NCBI GenBank assembly: GCA_963745235.1
Contig: CAVUXE010000037.1
Location: 188,646-252,645, forward strand
Direction: 5' to 3'
Source: an uncultured Spirochaetota bacterium
Lineage (GTDB): Bacteria; Spirochaetota; Spirochaetia; SZUA-6; Fen-1364
DNA length: 64,000 bases
The position numbers and the translations under genes are program-made. This document shows positions 10,771-20,666 of the stretch, piece by piece. Positions within the stretch are counted from its first letter, which is position 1. Each line of letters begins with the position of its first letter. The notes under the pieces were generated by a model. That model saw only the letters and a list, made by a program, of their open reading frames with translations, was not told where the DNA came from and made no database searches.

Positions 10771-11913
10771 TCACGAGCCTGCCGGTTGCGCTGCGGCGCG
10801 CTGCGGAACATGAACGCAGGCAGGGTCTTCCTGGTACGGGTCCTGGTACTCCGCATAGGCCCGTGATCGCGACCCGCCGCAGACATCAGCATATTCGCAG
10901 TCTCCGCATCTTCCCTTGAGAGCAGAAGGATTCCTGAGCCCGACCAGGAGGGGATGTGACGTGTAGATCGACTTCAAGCTTTCCCTCTGGACGTTTCCCA
11001 GGGGCACCGGCAGGAAGCCGCTTGGATATACCTCTCCGTCATGCCCAATGAAAACTATCCCTTTCCCGTCCCCCGTCCCGCTGAGCCTCACCACGGGAGG
11101 GTTCTTTGGCTCCCCCTCCAACTCGAGCAGCCTGGCCGCCAGGTGACCGTACAGCCTCCCTTTGGGCGCGTGCTGGCTTTTCTGGCGCTGCAGGAAGACG
11201 CGTCTGAAGTGGGGTCCTTCGGAAGTCCTTACCGGTATTCCGTACTGCGTGCAGTCATAGAGGAATTGGGCGGCTTCCTCGGACTCCCTGGGCTCGGGAT
11301 TCTCCAGTGCCGACCCTCGTCCCGTGCGGACAAGGAAAAACACCTCCCACGCAATTGCGCCCCTTTCCCTGATGAGATGGAAAATGTCGGCAAGCTCCCG
11401 GAGATTGCTTTTCATCACCGTTGTATTGACCTGTAGCCGCAGGCCGCATGATGAGGCCGCCCGGATTGCATCCAGGGTGGCCTGCCACGTCCCCGGGATA
11501 TCCCGTATCTTGTCATGAACCGCGGCGGTTGCCCCGTCCAGGCTGACCGAGACGACCTCCACACCGAGCTCTTTCATGCGCTCCAGCCGGTCCTTCCCAA
11601 GCAGGGGAGTAACGCTCGCGGCGACCGCCGTGTAGATGCCCTGGCCCACGGCGTGCTTGATCAGGTCAAACACATCCGGGCGCATGAGGGGATCACCGCC
11701 AGTCAGCAGGAGGGCGGGATAGGGCTCTCCGAACTCGAGAACCTGGTCGATCAGCCTCATTCCCATCTCGTGGTCGAGCTCGCCGGGGGCACTGCTCCTG
11801 ATGGCCGTGGCCCTGCAGTGTCGACAGGAAAGGAGACAGGATTTCGTCGTTTCCCAGCAGACGAAGATGGGCTTTTGCGTGAAGTCAATTTTCCTGGTCC
11901 AGGGGGGCTGCAT
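10771..11913 (-). CDS. Radical SAM/SPASM protein (NirJ/AhbD-related, TIGR04053-like)
   Basis: CLLSCRHC (CxxxCxxC), LTGGDPL, SLDG; C-terminal YPSGFL...CGDCEYADVCGGSRSRAY...DPAC. Confidence 0.85.
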   Translation of the reverse strand: MQPPWTRKIDFTQKPIFVCWETTKSCLLSCRHCRATAIRSSAPGELDHEMGMRLIDQVLEFGEPYPALLLTGGDPLMRPDVFDLIKHAVGQGIYTAVAASVTPLLGKDRLERMKELGVEVVSVSLDGATAAVHDKIRDIPGTWQATLDAIRAASSCGLRLQVNTTVMKSNLRELADIFHLIRERGAIAWEVFFLVRTGRGSALENPEPRESEEAAQFLYDCTQYGIPVRTSEGPHFRRVFLQRQKSQHAPKGRLYGHLAARLLELEGEPKNPPVVRLSGTGDGKGIVFIGHDGEVYPSGFLPVPLGNVQRESLKSIYTSHPLLVGLRNPSALKGRCGDCEYADVCGGSRSRAYAEYQDPYQEDPACVHVPQRAAAQPAGS

Positions 11914-11935
11914 CCGGAGATCCTCCAGTGCCGCC

Positions 11936-11965
11936 AGTCTATTTTCAATCCGTACGCACTGTCAA
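11936..11965 (-). promoter_or_regulatory. Sigma70-type promoter of the radical SAM gene
   Basis: TTGACA-N18-TAGACT on the minus strand, followed by a GGAGG SD. Confidence 0.6.
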
Positions 11966-11978
11966 CGAACTCCGGGCC

Positions 11979-12615
11979 TCACGAGTGCTGCGCCAGCACC
12001 CCCAGCTTCAGGAGCCCGTCGTAGACGAACTGCACGGAAAGGCCGGTGAGGATGATCCCCATGATCCGCTCGATCACTGATACGCCGGTGCGTCCGAGCA
12101 CGCGCAGGAAGAACGAGCTCAGATTGCATTGTCACGCCGGCGATCACGAGGGCCAGCACGACGCTTCCGATCAGGACCGGCAGGATGAACCCCGGCGACT
12201 TGTCCTCGCTCACGTACAGGAGGATCGTGGTGATGGTCCCGGGGCCGGCGAGCATGGGGATGGCCAGCGGAAAGATGGAGACGTCCTCACGCTCTTCGCC
12301 GTGCTCCTCTCCTGACGTCTTGGTCCGCCCCGGCTTGCCCAGGAGCAGGTCGATGGACACGATGAACATCAGGATTCCGCCTGCTATGAAGAACGATCCC
12401 GGCTGGATGCCGAGGAATCGAAGGATGGCGTTTCCCGTGAAGATGAAGACGCACAGCACGGCAAACGCAACCACGACCGCGCGGCGGATGGTGAGACGCT
12501 TTTTTCGAGCAGGGAAGTCCGCGGTAAGGGCAATGAATACGGGGACCACCCCGAAGGGGTCCACCACGATGAAAACCGCCAGGAATATGGTTACGACCTG
12601 ACTCGCAAGGGACAT
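11979..12615 (-). CDS. MarC-family membrane protein; apparent +1 frameshift near 12125
   Basis: IVVDPFGVVPVF and FPLAIPMLAGPGTI motifs. The corrected C-terminus reads LRVLGRTGVSVIERIMGIILTGLSVQF. Confidence 0.88.
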
Positions 12616-12730
12616 CGCCCGGACTGTAGCACGCTCCCGCTGCGGGGGAAATGGGGGTTGCAAATCCACAGGCGCTGATGGGACAGTTCAGGACCGCGAC
12701 GCCCGGCCTATCGCGGATTCCGCAACAGGT

Positions 12731-14340
12731 TCAAAAGACCCGATAGACGAACTCTCCGCCGACCATTGTTGCGCCCACCGCGGCCCGGTGAATCTCTTCC
12801 GCCGGGATAACGAAGATATCCTTTTCCAGTATCGTGAGGTCCGCGAGCTTCCCCGGCGCAATGGAGCCCAGCTCCGCCTCCCTGCCCGGCCGCATATGCG
12901 GCGCCCCGCGTGTACCCGTGCAATGCCTGCTCCACGCTCAGTCTCTGGGCGGGCCGCCAGCCCTCTGGTCCCGGGCTCCCGTCTGCCCGGCGACGCGTGA
13001 CTGCCGCATGGATGCCCGCCAGCGGGTCAGGGACCTCCACGGGACAGTCGGACCCGAAGGCCAGGCGCGCGCCGTTGTCCAGGAGAGCCTTCCATGCGTA
13101 CGCGGTTTCGCATCGAGATCCCCAGTGACGCTCCGCGATGAGCATGTCCGATGTTGCGTGAAGGGGCTGCATGGACGCTATGACCGAAAGACGAGCAAAC
13201 CGGGGGAGGTCATCCGGGTGCAGGAGCTGGGCGTGCTCGATGCGGTTCCTGATGGCGCTCCCGCTTTCCGACTCGGGACCCCGGCGTGCTGCGGCGCGCC
13301 CGTACGCGTTCAGCACCACGTGGCACGCGGCGTCTCCGATGGCATGAACGGCGCACGCCAGCCCTGCCGCGTTGGCGCGAAGGATGTCTTCGAAGAGCTG
13401 CTCCTCGCCCAGCGTCGGGATGCCGGTCGACCAGCTGCCCTCGTAGGGAGCGATCATCCAGGCCGTCTGCGGCCCCAAGGCGCCATCCGCAAACATCTTC
13501 ACGGCCCCCAGGCGCAGCATGTCATCACCGAAGCCCGTGCGGATCCCGAGCGCGATCGCTTGAGAAAGCATCTCATGGGGAATGCCCTTGACCACGCGCA
13601 GGGAAAGCTCACCGGCCGCGCGCAGCTCCTGCAAGGCCTCGAAGGCAAGCACCCTGTCGAAGTCATGTATTCCCGTGAGCCCCCGGCGGTGAGCCTCGGT
13701 TTGAGCCCGGCGCATCATGCGGGCCAGCTCGCCGGCGGACGGACGGGGGATGACGGCCTGCACGAGCCGCATGGCGTTTTCCAGCAGTATTCCCGAGGGC
13801 ACGCCGGTCCCGTCGTGAACAATCTTGCCGCCCTCCGGGTCAGCCGTGTCCAGGCGTATCCCCGCCTTCTGGAGGGCCAGCGAATTGACCCACAGCGCGT
13901 GCCCGCTCTTTGCCTCCAGCATCACGGGGTTGCGGGGGGCGGCCTCGTCCAGGGAGAGCCTGTCAGGGAGCCCGCCGGTCCCCCAGACGTTGTGGTTCCA
14001 TCCTGATCCCGTGATCCACGTCCCCGGCTTGAGCTCCGCTGCCCGCGTGCGCACCCGGGCGAGGGCCTCCGACAGGGTGGCGGTCTCCGCGTCGACTCCC
14101 TCCAGGGATTGGGCGTACCACATGAAGTGCAGGTGGCTGTCCGTCAGGCCCGGCAGCGCGCACCGGCCTCCGAGGTCGACCTCCTGCACGAGGCCCGTTC
14201 CCGCAAGGGCGGAGCGCGCGCCGGCTTCATCCCCGACATGAAGGAAGCGGCCGTCGCGGATTGCCACGGCCGAGGCCGTCAGGCGCACGAGGCTCCATGG
14301 TGTGGAAGGCACCATTGAAAAGAAGGAGGTTTCTGCTCAC
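12731..14340 (-). CDS. Amidohydrolase_3-family (YtcJ-like) metallohydrolase; apparent +1 frameshifts near 14280 and 12880
   Basis: PGLTDSHLH, KMFADGALG, HAIGD, RIEHAQ and FGSDCPV motifs. Corrected ends are MSRNLLLFNGAFHTM and GSIAPGKLADLTIL. Confidence 0.87.
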
Positions 14341-14358
14341 GGAGGGAAGCGCTTCGAC

Positions 14359-15471
14359 CTACAGCGGGTATTCGTAGACCCGGTACTTGCGGTAGGCCTT
14401 GCCTCCCAGCTTCAATGCCGTGTTGGTCATGTTCACGTTGTCCTCTTCCACCCAGGACATCTCAGCGGACACGTACCCCTTGGGGACTCCGTTCTTGTAG
14501 CTGTAGTAATAGAAGGCAAGGTCGATTCCCCGGTTCCTGTGATCCTTGAGAACCCCCATGCTGATGGTGCGCACGAGGGGGGTCTTCTTCTTGGCCGTGA
14601 GCAGGTGGAAGATCCCGAAGGGCAGGAGATGGCCGTGGGCGGCCTTGAACCCGACATTGAAGTCCGGCATGGTCAGCGACACGCCCACGGGCTTTCCGTC
14701 GACTTCCGCAAAGAACACGAGGTCCGGATCAACGGCCATCTTCAGGTCATTCGCCATGAGCTCGATCTCCGCCGGGGTCATGGGAGTAAACACCGCGTTG
14801 ATCTGCTCGAACTGGTTGTACAGCTCGTTGAAGCGCTTGATCTCGTTGTTGTAGTCCTTCATGTTCAGCGTGCGGAGCTTGAATCCCCCCTTCGCCTCCA
14901 CCCGCGGCATTATCTTGGCCAGACGCTCAGGGATCTCGGGGTTGTCCATCAGCCAGGCAACGAGGTCCTTCCATTTGCGGTTTCCGTAGTTCTGGATGAG
15001 GCGGTCGTAGTATGTGGGGTTGTATGGCATGAGGAGGACGGGAGAGCCCTCGAAACCCTCTATCTGGCAGCCGATCAGGTCGTTCGCGTTCGGAGACATG
15101 GGCCCGATGATGCGGACGCATCCCCGCTTGCGCGCCCAGTCGAACGCCGCCTCGAAGAGAGCCTTGGCCACCTCGGGATCATCCACGCACTCGAACCATC
15201 CCCAGTAGGCAGCCTTCTCATGGTGGGTCTTTTCCCAGATGGAGTCATGGATTGCCGCGATCCTGCCGACCACGGCGCCGTCCCTGCGGGCCAGGAAGAA
15301 CTCTGCCTCCGCGTGCTGGTAGAAGGGATGCTTCTTGCGGTTGACTTTCTTGTAATCGTCCATGAGGAGCGCGGGGACCCAGTTCTTGTCGTTCTTGTAC
15401 AGGGCGTAGGGGAACTTTATGAACTCCCGTGTCTGCTTTTTCGTGACGACATGCTCGACAGTGACTGCCAT
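14359..15471 (-). CDS. Tandem GNAT-fold N-acetyltransferase-like protein (YghO-like)
   Basis: FIKFPYALY...WVP, VGRIAA, WGWFEC, MPYNPTYY, MGVLKDHRNRGID and AEMSWVEEDN motifs. Confidence 0.75.
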   Translation of the reverse strand: MAVTVEHVVTKKQTREFIKFPYALYKNDKNWVPALLMDDYKKVNRKKHPFYQHAEAEFFLARRDGAVVGRIAAIHDSIWEKTHHEKAAYWGWFECVDDPEVAKALFEAAFDWARKRGCVRIIGPMSPNANDLIGCQIEGFEGSPVLLMPYNPTYYDRLIQNYGNRKWKDLVAWLMDNPEIPERLAKIMPRVEAKGGFKLRTLNMKDYNNEIKRFNELYNQFEQINAVFTPMTPAEIELMANDLKMAVDPDLVFFAEVDGKPVGVSLTMPDFNVGFKAAHGHLLPFGIFHLLTAKKKTPLVRTISMGVLKDHRNRGIDLAFYYYSYKNGVPKGYVSAEMSWVEEDNVNMTNTALKLGGKAYRKYRVYEYPL

Positions 15472-15507
15472 GGGCGCGCCTCTCTTCGCAGATGGATGAT
15501 ATGTGCT

Positions 15508-15536
15508 ACAGTAGGACGTGTTCATCGCCCTGTCAA
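15508..15536 (-). promoter_or_regulatory. Sigma70-type promoter of the GNAT-amidohydrolase pair
   Basis: TTGACA-N17-TACTGT on the minus strand. Confidence 0.6.
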
Positions 15537-15645
15537 GTGAGCGCGTGTGGCGGAGTGTGGCGGAGGCACAGCGGGCGCAGTCGAGGTGAGCTTTTCGCCA
15601 TGATATATGTTGGGTGCGGAAAAAGTATTGTGTACAATGAAGGCA

Positions 15646-16476
15646 ATGGAAATCGGTAAGGGCGAATCAAAAAGGCAGGTCAAGAAACGACCCCGGGGGA
15701 GTCTGCCGCCGGCCCGGGGCAGGTGGGAGGGACGGAGGCTCCCCAGTCCGCGCGCGTTCTTCTGGATACTCGCGGCCGGGACCATCGTCCTTGCTGGGCT
15801 CCTCGGGCTTGCCTTCAGCGCACTCGCGTTCGGCGGCCTGCGCCCGGAGTTTCTCCTGGGGTGGCTGGTGGTCGCCGGCGTGACGGCGGCGGCGGCTTCC
15901 CTGGCGGCGGCCGGCCTGCTCGGGCTCGCGCTGGAAAGACAGAAGAGCCTGGAGCATTTTGCAACGGTGGACGAGCTGACGGGCGCCCCCAACAGGAGGA
16001 TCTTCGCCGCCCAGCTGGACAGCGAGGTGGACAGGTGCAGCCGCCTGGCAAGCGCGCTGTGCGTGGTGTTCATCGACATCGACTTCTTCAAGCGGATCAA
16101 CGATGACTACGGCCACCAGGTCGGGGATGGCGTGCTGAAAGAGATCTATGCCCGCCTGGAAGAGAACCTTCGCCTGTACGACTTCATCGGACGGCTGGGC
16201 GGGGACGAGTTCGTCATGGCCCTTCCGGGAACGGACGCGCAGACCGCTTTTGGGGTGGCGGAGCGTCTCCGGGAATCCGTTCAGAACGACGCCGTGAGAG
16301 ACCTGCCCCGGGTCACCGTCAGCCTTGGGGTGGCTGAGCTTGCCCCGGGCATGAGCGCTGACCAGCTTGTGCGCTGCGCGGATATGGCGTTGTACACGGC
16401 AAAGAACAACGGAAGAAACAGGACGGAAATCTACCAGCCGGCCCCCGCGGCCGGTCACTCCCCGTCGCAGATGTAG
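15646..16476 (+). CDS. Membrane-anchored diguanylate cyclase (two TM helices plus GGDEF)
   Basis: Two hydrophobic helices, then DELTGAPNRR, DIDFFKRINDDYGH and RLYDFIGRLGGDEF. Confidence 0.9.
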   Translation: MEIGKGESKRQVKKRPRGSLPPARGRWEGRRLPSPRAFFWILAAGTIVLAGLLGLAFSALAFGGLRPEFLLGWLVVAGVTAAAASLAAAGLLGLALERQKSLEHFATVDELTGAPNRRIFAAQLDSEVDRCSRLASALCVVFIDIDFFKRINDDYGHQVGDGVLKEIYARLEENLRLYDFIGRLGGDEFVMALPGTDAQTAFGVAERLRESVQNDAVRDLPRVTVSLGVAELAPGMSADQLVRCADMALYTAKNNGRNRTEIYQPAPAAGHSPSQM

Positions 16477-16766
16477 CCGTTCTTCTCCAGGTATTCGAAG
16501 ACCAGCGCCACGATCTTCTCCCGCCGGGCCAGGGGAATCATTATGTCGAGGTTGGCCAGGGAATCCAGGGCGTTGACGCAGGTGTAGTAGCTGATCTCGC
16601 TCTCCGGCGCGTTCCAGATTTCGCCAATGATCCTGTCGATTTCGTCCGAAATGAAATCAGGCAGGGGAAAGCCAAGACGCGGCACGACATACTGCCATAC
16701 CTTCGCCGCATCGATATTGGCCGAGTTGCCGCGCCTGCCCCTGTGGAAATGCAAGATGCGCGCCAT
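16455..16766 (-). CDS. Hypothetical helical protein, 103 aa
   Basis: Protein-like composition and a GGGGGA SD-like sequence upstream; no family recognised. Confidence 0.6.
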   Translation of the reverse strand: MARILHFHRGRRGNSANIDAAKVWQYVVPRLGFPLPDFISDEIDRIIGEIWNAPESEISYYTCVNALDSLANLDIMIPLARREKIVALVFEYLEKNGYICDGE

Positions 16767-16856
16767 CGGAGTCCCCCGCGACCATTCTCACTCGGATGAA
16801 TCCCTCCGCGCAAGAGGTGAGGCGCGGAAAGGCCGCCGGTGAGCCGGCGCGTTCCT

Positions 16857-17600
16857 CTACTTCCCGCGCCTGAGCACCTGCGGCACCGATGTGCCTGCCA
16901 GGTTCGCGTTGGCCTTCGCATAGTCCGCGGCGGTGAGCCCGGCGGCGGACTTCAGGCTTCGGTCCGCGCCCGCAATCAGGAGCGCTGAGACGACCTCCGG
17001 GCTCGTCGTGTACTGGGCCGCGTACATGAGGGCCGTTTTCCCCCCGGGGCCGCGCTCATTCACGCGGGCGCCTGCTGCCACGAGGGTGGAAATCATGTGC
17101 CTGTCTTCGTTGAGCATGGCGGCGAGCATCAACGGCGTCATACCATCCGAGTTGCGCGCGTTGACATCAGCGCCTTTGGACAACAGGAGAGCGGCCACCC
17201 GGGGATTGGAGTTGTGCGCCGCAGCCGCCATGAGCGGCGTCTCTCCTTCCTTCGATGCCGCGTCCACCGACGCCCCGGCGGAGAGAAGGGCAGAGACGAC
17301 CTCCGGTCGGGTGTTGGAGCGGCCGGCGAGCAGGAGGGCTGACTGGCCCTTGCCGTCCGACTCATTCACCCTTGCCCCCGCCGCAACGAGGGCGGAGATC
17401 ACGCGGGGGTCCATGGTGAGCCCGGCGGCATGCATGAGAGGCGTCCACCCGTTTGCGTCCTTCTGGTTGGCGCCCGCACCCTGGGCAAGGGCGGCCCGCA
17501 GCTGGGCAGGCGTGCCATGCTCCGCAAGGCTGAAGATGTCGTCCGCGGCCAGTGCTGCGACAGGGAGCAGCAGGATCATTATCACTACCGCTTTTTTCAT
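16857..17600 (-). CDS. Secreted ankyrin-repeat protein
   Basis: Signal peptide MKKAVVIMILLLPVAALA; about five GxTPLMxAA...LLxxGAxVN repeats; GGAGGGGG SD. Confidence 0.88.
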   Translation of the reverse strand: MKKAVVIMILLLPVAALAADDIFSLAEHGTPAQLRAALAQGAGANQKDANGWTPLMHAAGLTMDPRVISALVAAGARVNESDGKGQSALLLAGRSNTRPEVVSALLSAGASVDAASKEGETPLMAAAAHNSNPRVAALLLSKGADVNARNSDGMTPLMLAAMLNEDRHMISTLVAAGARVNERGPGGKTALMYAAQYTTSPEVVSALLIAGADRSLKSAAGLTAADYAKANANLAGTSVPQVLRRGK

Positions 17601-17693
17601 TCCCCCTCCACGCACCACGAAGAAAGTATACTGCATCCCGGCTCGCATCGCCATGCACCGCTCGTCTCGATTCTTTGATTATATTAGGAACCG

Positions 17694-18446
17694 ATGAGAG
17701 GCCAGGATCAGCTGCTGGGAAGCCGCACGCGCGTCGCCTCCCGCTATGCAGTCCTTCCCCGGGAGGGCATCCCGTTCTCCCGGCTGCCCGAGTGGCCGCA
17801 GGCGCAGGTGCGCGTGCTCGCCGGACCGGCGTTAGGCGCCGGCTTTGTCGAATACCTCCTGGACCTCGCGGCCGGGGGCTCCGGCGCGCACGCGGCGGAC
17901 CAGCGGATAGAGTTCTTCCTCTACGTCCTTTCCGGAGGGGTGACACTGAGCATGGACGGCCGCCACCATGACCTGGCCGCGGGGGGGTACGCTTTCATCT
18001 CACCGACAAGCGACTTCCGGGCGCTGGCCCGGGACGCGACGAGCCTCCTCATGCTGCGAAAACAATACCAGGAGGCCGCCGGGGTTGCTCCGTGCTCGAG
18101 CTTCGTGGGCAACCAGGCGGAGGTCCCTTCCTCGGTCTACTACGGTGACCCGGGCGCCCGGCTGCAGGAGCTGATCCCGAACGATCTGTCCTTCGACATG
18201 GCCATGAACATCTTCACCTTCGACACAGGCCACAGCCTTCCGGTGACGGAGACGCACGTGATGGAGCACGGATTGTACATGCTCCAGGGGAAGGGCGTGT
18301 ATTACCTGGGGGATTCATGGATGGAAGTGGAGGCCACTGACTTCATCTGGATGGGACCTTTCTGCCCGCAGAGCTACTACGCGACCGGCCCCGTGGCCTC
18401 CCGGTACATCTACTACAAGAACGTGAACAGAGAGATTCCGTTGTAA
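17694..18446 (+). CDS. allE: (S)-ureidoglycine aminohydrolase (bicupin)
   Basis: ETHVMEHGLYMLQGKGVYYL, DFIWMGPFCPQ and YIYYKNVNR motifs; first gene of the ureide operon. Confidence 0.93.
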   Translation: MRGQDQLLGSRTRVASRYAVLPREGIPFSRLPEWPQAQVRVLAGPALGAGFVEYLLDLAAGGSGAHAADQRIEFFLYVLSGGVTLSMDGRHHDLAAGGYAFISPTSDFRALARDATSLLMLRKQYQEAAGVAPCSSFVGNQAEVPSSVYYGDPGARLQELIPNDLSFDMAMNIFTFDTGHSLPVTETHVMEHGLYMLQGKGVYYLGDSWMEVEATDFIWMGPFCPQSYYATGPVASRYIYYKNVNREIPL

Positions 18447-18456
18447 AGGGGACCCC

Positions 18457-19437
18457 ATGGAAAAGATCTATCGCGATGCCGACGTTGACATGAGCATCCT
18501 GAAGAACAAGACCATTGCCGTGATCGGCTACGGGATCCAGGGCAAGGTGCAGGCAGCCAACGCCCGGGACAGCGGCTGCACCGTGATCGTCGGCACGAGG
18601 CCGCCGGAGCACAGCCCGTCTCGAGGGCAGGCACAGGCGGACGGGTTTCCGGCAATGAGCGTCGCGGAGGCGAGCAGGAAGGCGGACATCCTGCTCATCG
18701 AGCTGGCAGACCCTGCCCAGCCCGCGGTCTACTCCTCGGATATCGCCCCGCACCTGCGCGCCGGCCAGACCTTGTGCTTCTGCCATGGCTTCAACGTCCT
18801 CTACGGCGCCATCCGGCCCCCGGAGAACGTGAACACGGTGCTCTTCGTGCCCAACGCGCCCGGGGCTTTCGTACGGGAGAAGTACAAGAAGGGTGAAGGC
18901 GTCTACGGGTGCGTCAGCGTCGAGCACGACGCCACGGGGGATGCCCGGCAGATCGTCCTGGCAATTGCCAAGGCCGTCGGTTCCACGCGCGCGGGCGTCG
19001 TGGAGCTTTCGTTCCAGCACGAGACCGAGGGGGACAACTTCGAGGAGCAGATCCTGTACGGCGGGGCCATCCACCTCATGAGGCTGTGCTTCCAGGTCAT
19101 GGTGGACAATGGCTACCCCCCGAGCTTCGCCTACGCGAAGGCGGTGCGCTCGCTGCGCAGCGTCCTGGATGTCATGGATGAGAACGGGATTGAGAGCTAC
19201 CTGACCACCCGCAGCAGCCGCACCTGCGAGTTCGCCGTGCGCACCCGGGGCCCGCGCGTCATCAACGAGGAAGCCGTGCGGCAGATCTTCCAGGAAACGG
19301 AGAAGGGGCTCTTCGCGCGGGACTGGATGCAGGAATGGGCGCTGGGAATGCCGCAGCTCCACCGGCTGCGCAGGACGGCCGCTGAGAGCGCAATGGAAAA
19401 AACGGGGACCCAATGGCGCAGGGATTTCGGGAAATGA
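18457..19437 (+). CDS. Ketol-acid reductoisomerase (class I IlvC)-like oxidoreductase with a divergent active site
   Basis: IAVIGYGIQG Rossmann motif, HGFN and ETEGDNFEEQ are present, but canonical AYFECLHE reads AYAKAVRS. Embedded in the purine catabolic operon. Confidence 0.85.
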   Translation: MEKIYRDADVDMSILKNKTIAVIGYGIQGKVQAANARDSGCTVIVGTRPPEHSPSRGQAQADGFPAMSVAEASRKADILLIELADPAQPAVYSSDIAPHLRAGQTLCFCHGFNVLYGAIRPPENVNTVLFVPNAPGAFVREKYKKGEGVYGCVSVEHDATGDARQIVLAIAKAVGSTRAGVVELSFQHETEGDNFEEQILYGGAIHLMRLCFQVMVDNGYPPSFAYAKAVRSLRSVLDVMDENGIESYLTTRSSRTCEFAVRTRGPRVINEEAVRQIFQETEKGLFARDWMQEWALGMPQLHRLRRTAAESAMEKTGTQWRRDFGK

Positions 19438-20666
19438 CCTCCTCGGCGCCCGCCGTGGACGGCAGGCGCATTGCCCGGGACATCGAGACGATTGGCGGCT
19501 TCACTGAACAGGACCCGAAGATCGGCCACAGCCGGCCCACTTTTTCTCCCGCGTGGAGAAAGGCGCGTGACTACGCGGCGCGGGAAGCCGAGGCGGCCGG
19601 CTGCGTGGCGCGGGTGGATGCCGCGGGCAATCTCCATGCCCGTCCCGCCGGGCTGGATTGGGAAACCCCCGCATGGCTGTGCGGCTCGCACGTGGACTCT
19701 GTCCCGACGGGCGGCAAGTACGATGGCGTGGTGGGCGTGGCGGTCGCCCTGGAGGTGCTTCGCGCGGTTCCGCGAGCGGCCGTCGAGCTGATCGTGTTCG
19801 CCGAGGAGGAAGGCACCACCTTCAGCCTCGGCATGCTGGGAAGCCGAGCCTGGGTGGGGACGCTGGGGCCGTCGGAGCTTCGCTCCCTTCGCAACGCGGA
19901 GGGAAAGGACTACCTCAGCGCCGGGGCGGACCACGGCGTGGACATCGGCCGGCTGGAAGCCGAGCGGTTTCCGGCCGAAAGGTACCGCGGGCTGGTGGAA
20001 GTGCACGTGGAGCAGGGGCCATCCCTCTGGAAATCAGGGGAGCCCCTGGCCGTGGTGACGGCCATCAACGGTCGCCGCCAGTACCTGTGCACGCTCACGG
20101 GTGCCGCGAACCACGCGGGCTCGACGAAAATGGCGGACCGCAATGATGCCCTTGCGGGGGCGGCGCAGGGCATGACGTTCCTGGAGTCAGTGGGCCGTGA
20201 GCTGGACAGGGAGGCCGAGCACACGGTGATCACCGTCGGGCGGCTGGAGGTGCACCCGAATGCCCTCAATGTGATCCCCGGGCGCGTGCGGTTCAGCATC
20301 GACTTTCGCTCTCCGGTGGACGCCCTCCTCCAGAGCGGTGAGGAAAGGCTTCGGGCGCAGCTCCTGCAGATTGCCTCCGCCCGGGGGCTGGACATAGAGA
20401 TCGTGTGCACGGAGCAGCTTCCGGTCGTCCCCATGGACCGCAGGATGTGCGACATGCTCCGAGACGCGGCGCGGCGGCTGGACCTAAGGCTTCCCGACGT
20501 GAAAAGCGGCGCCCTTCACGACACCGCCATCGTGGCGCCTTTCCTCCCTTCGGTGATGCTCTTCGTGGCCAGCAGAGACGGGATCAGCCACAACCCGGCT
20601 GAGTTCAGCCGCATCGAGCACATTGCCCAGGCGGCAAGGGTCCTGGTGGAGGCCTTTCGCGCATGA
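19434..20666 (+). CDS. allC: Allantoate amidohydrolase (M20 Zn hydrolase, hydantoinase/carbamoylase family)
   Basis: GSHVDSVPTGGKYDG, EEEG, EVHVEQG, ANHAGST, SGALHD and GISHNPAE motifs; ATGA overlap with the upstream gene. Substrate inferred from context. Confidence 0.85.
   Translation: MTSSAPAVDGRRIARDIETIGGFTEQDPKIGHSRPTFSPAWRKARDYAAREAEAAGCVARVDAAGNLHARPAGLDWETPAWLCGSHVDSVPTGGKYDGVVGVAVALEVLRAVPRAAVELIVFAEEEGTTFSLGMLGSRAWVGTLGPSELRSLRNAEGKDYLSAGADHGVDIGRLEAERFPAERYRGLVEVHVEQGPSLWKSGEPLAVVTAINGRRQYLCTLTGAANHAGSTKMADRNDALAGAAQGMTFLESVGRELDREAEHTVITVGRLEVHPNALNVIPGRVRFSIDFRSPVDALLQSGEERLRAQLLQIASARGLDIEIVCTEQLPVVPMDRRMCDMLRDAARRLDLRLPDVKSGALHDTAIVAPFLPSVMLFVASRDGISHNPAEFSRIEHIAQAARVLVEAFRA

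Noticed and set aside
18457-19437. Annotating the gene as housekeeping ilvC
   Set aside because: It has no ilv context and several conserved active-site residues are substituted, so the gene symbol is withheld.
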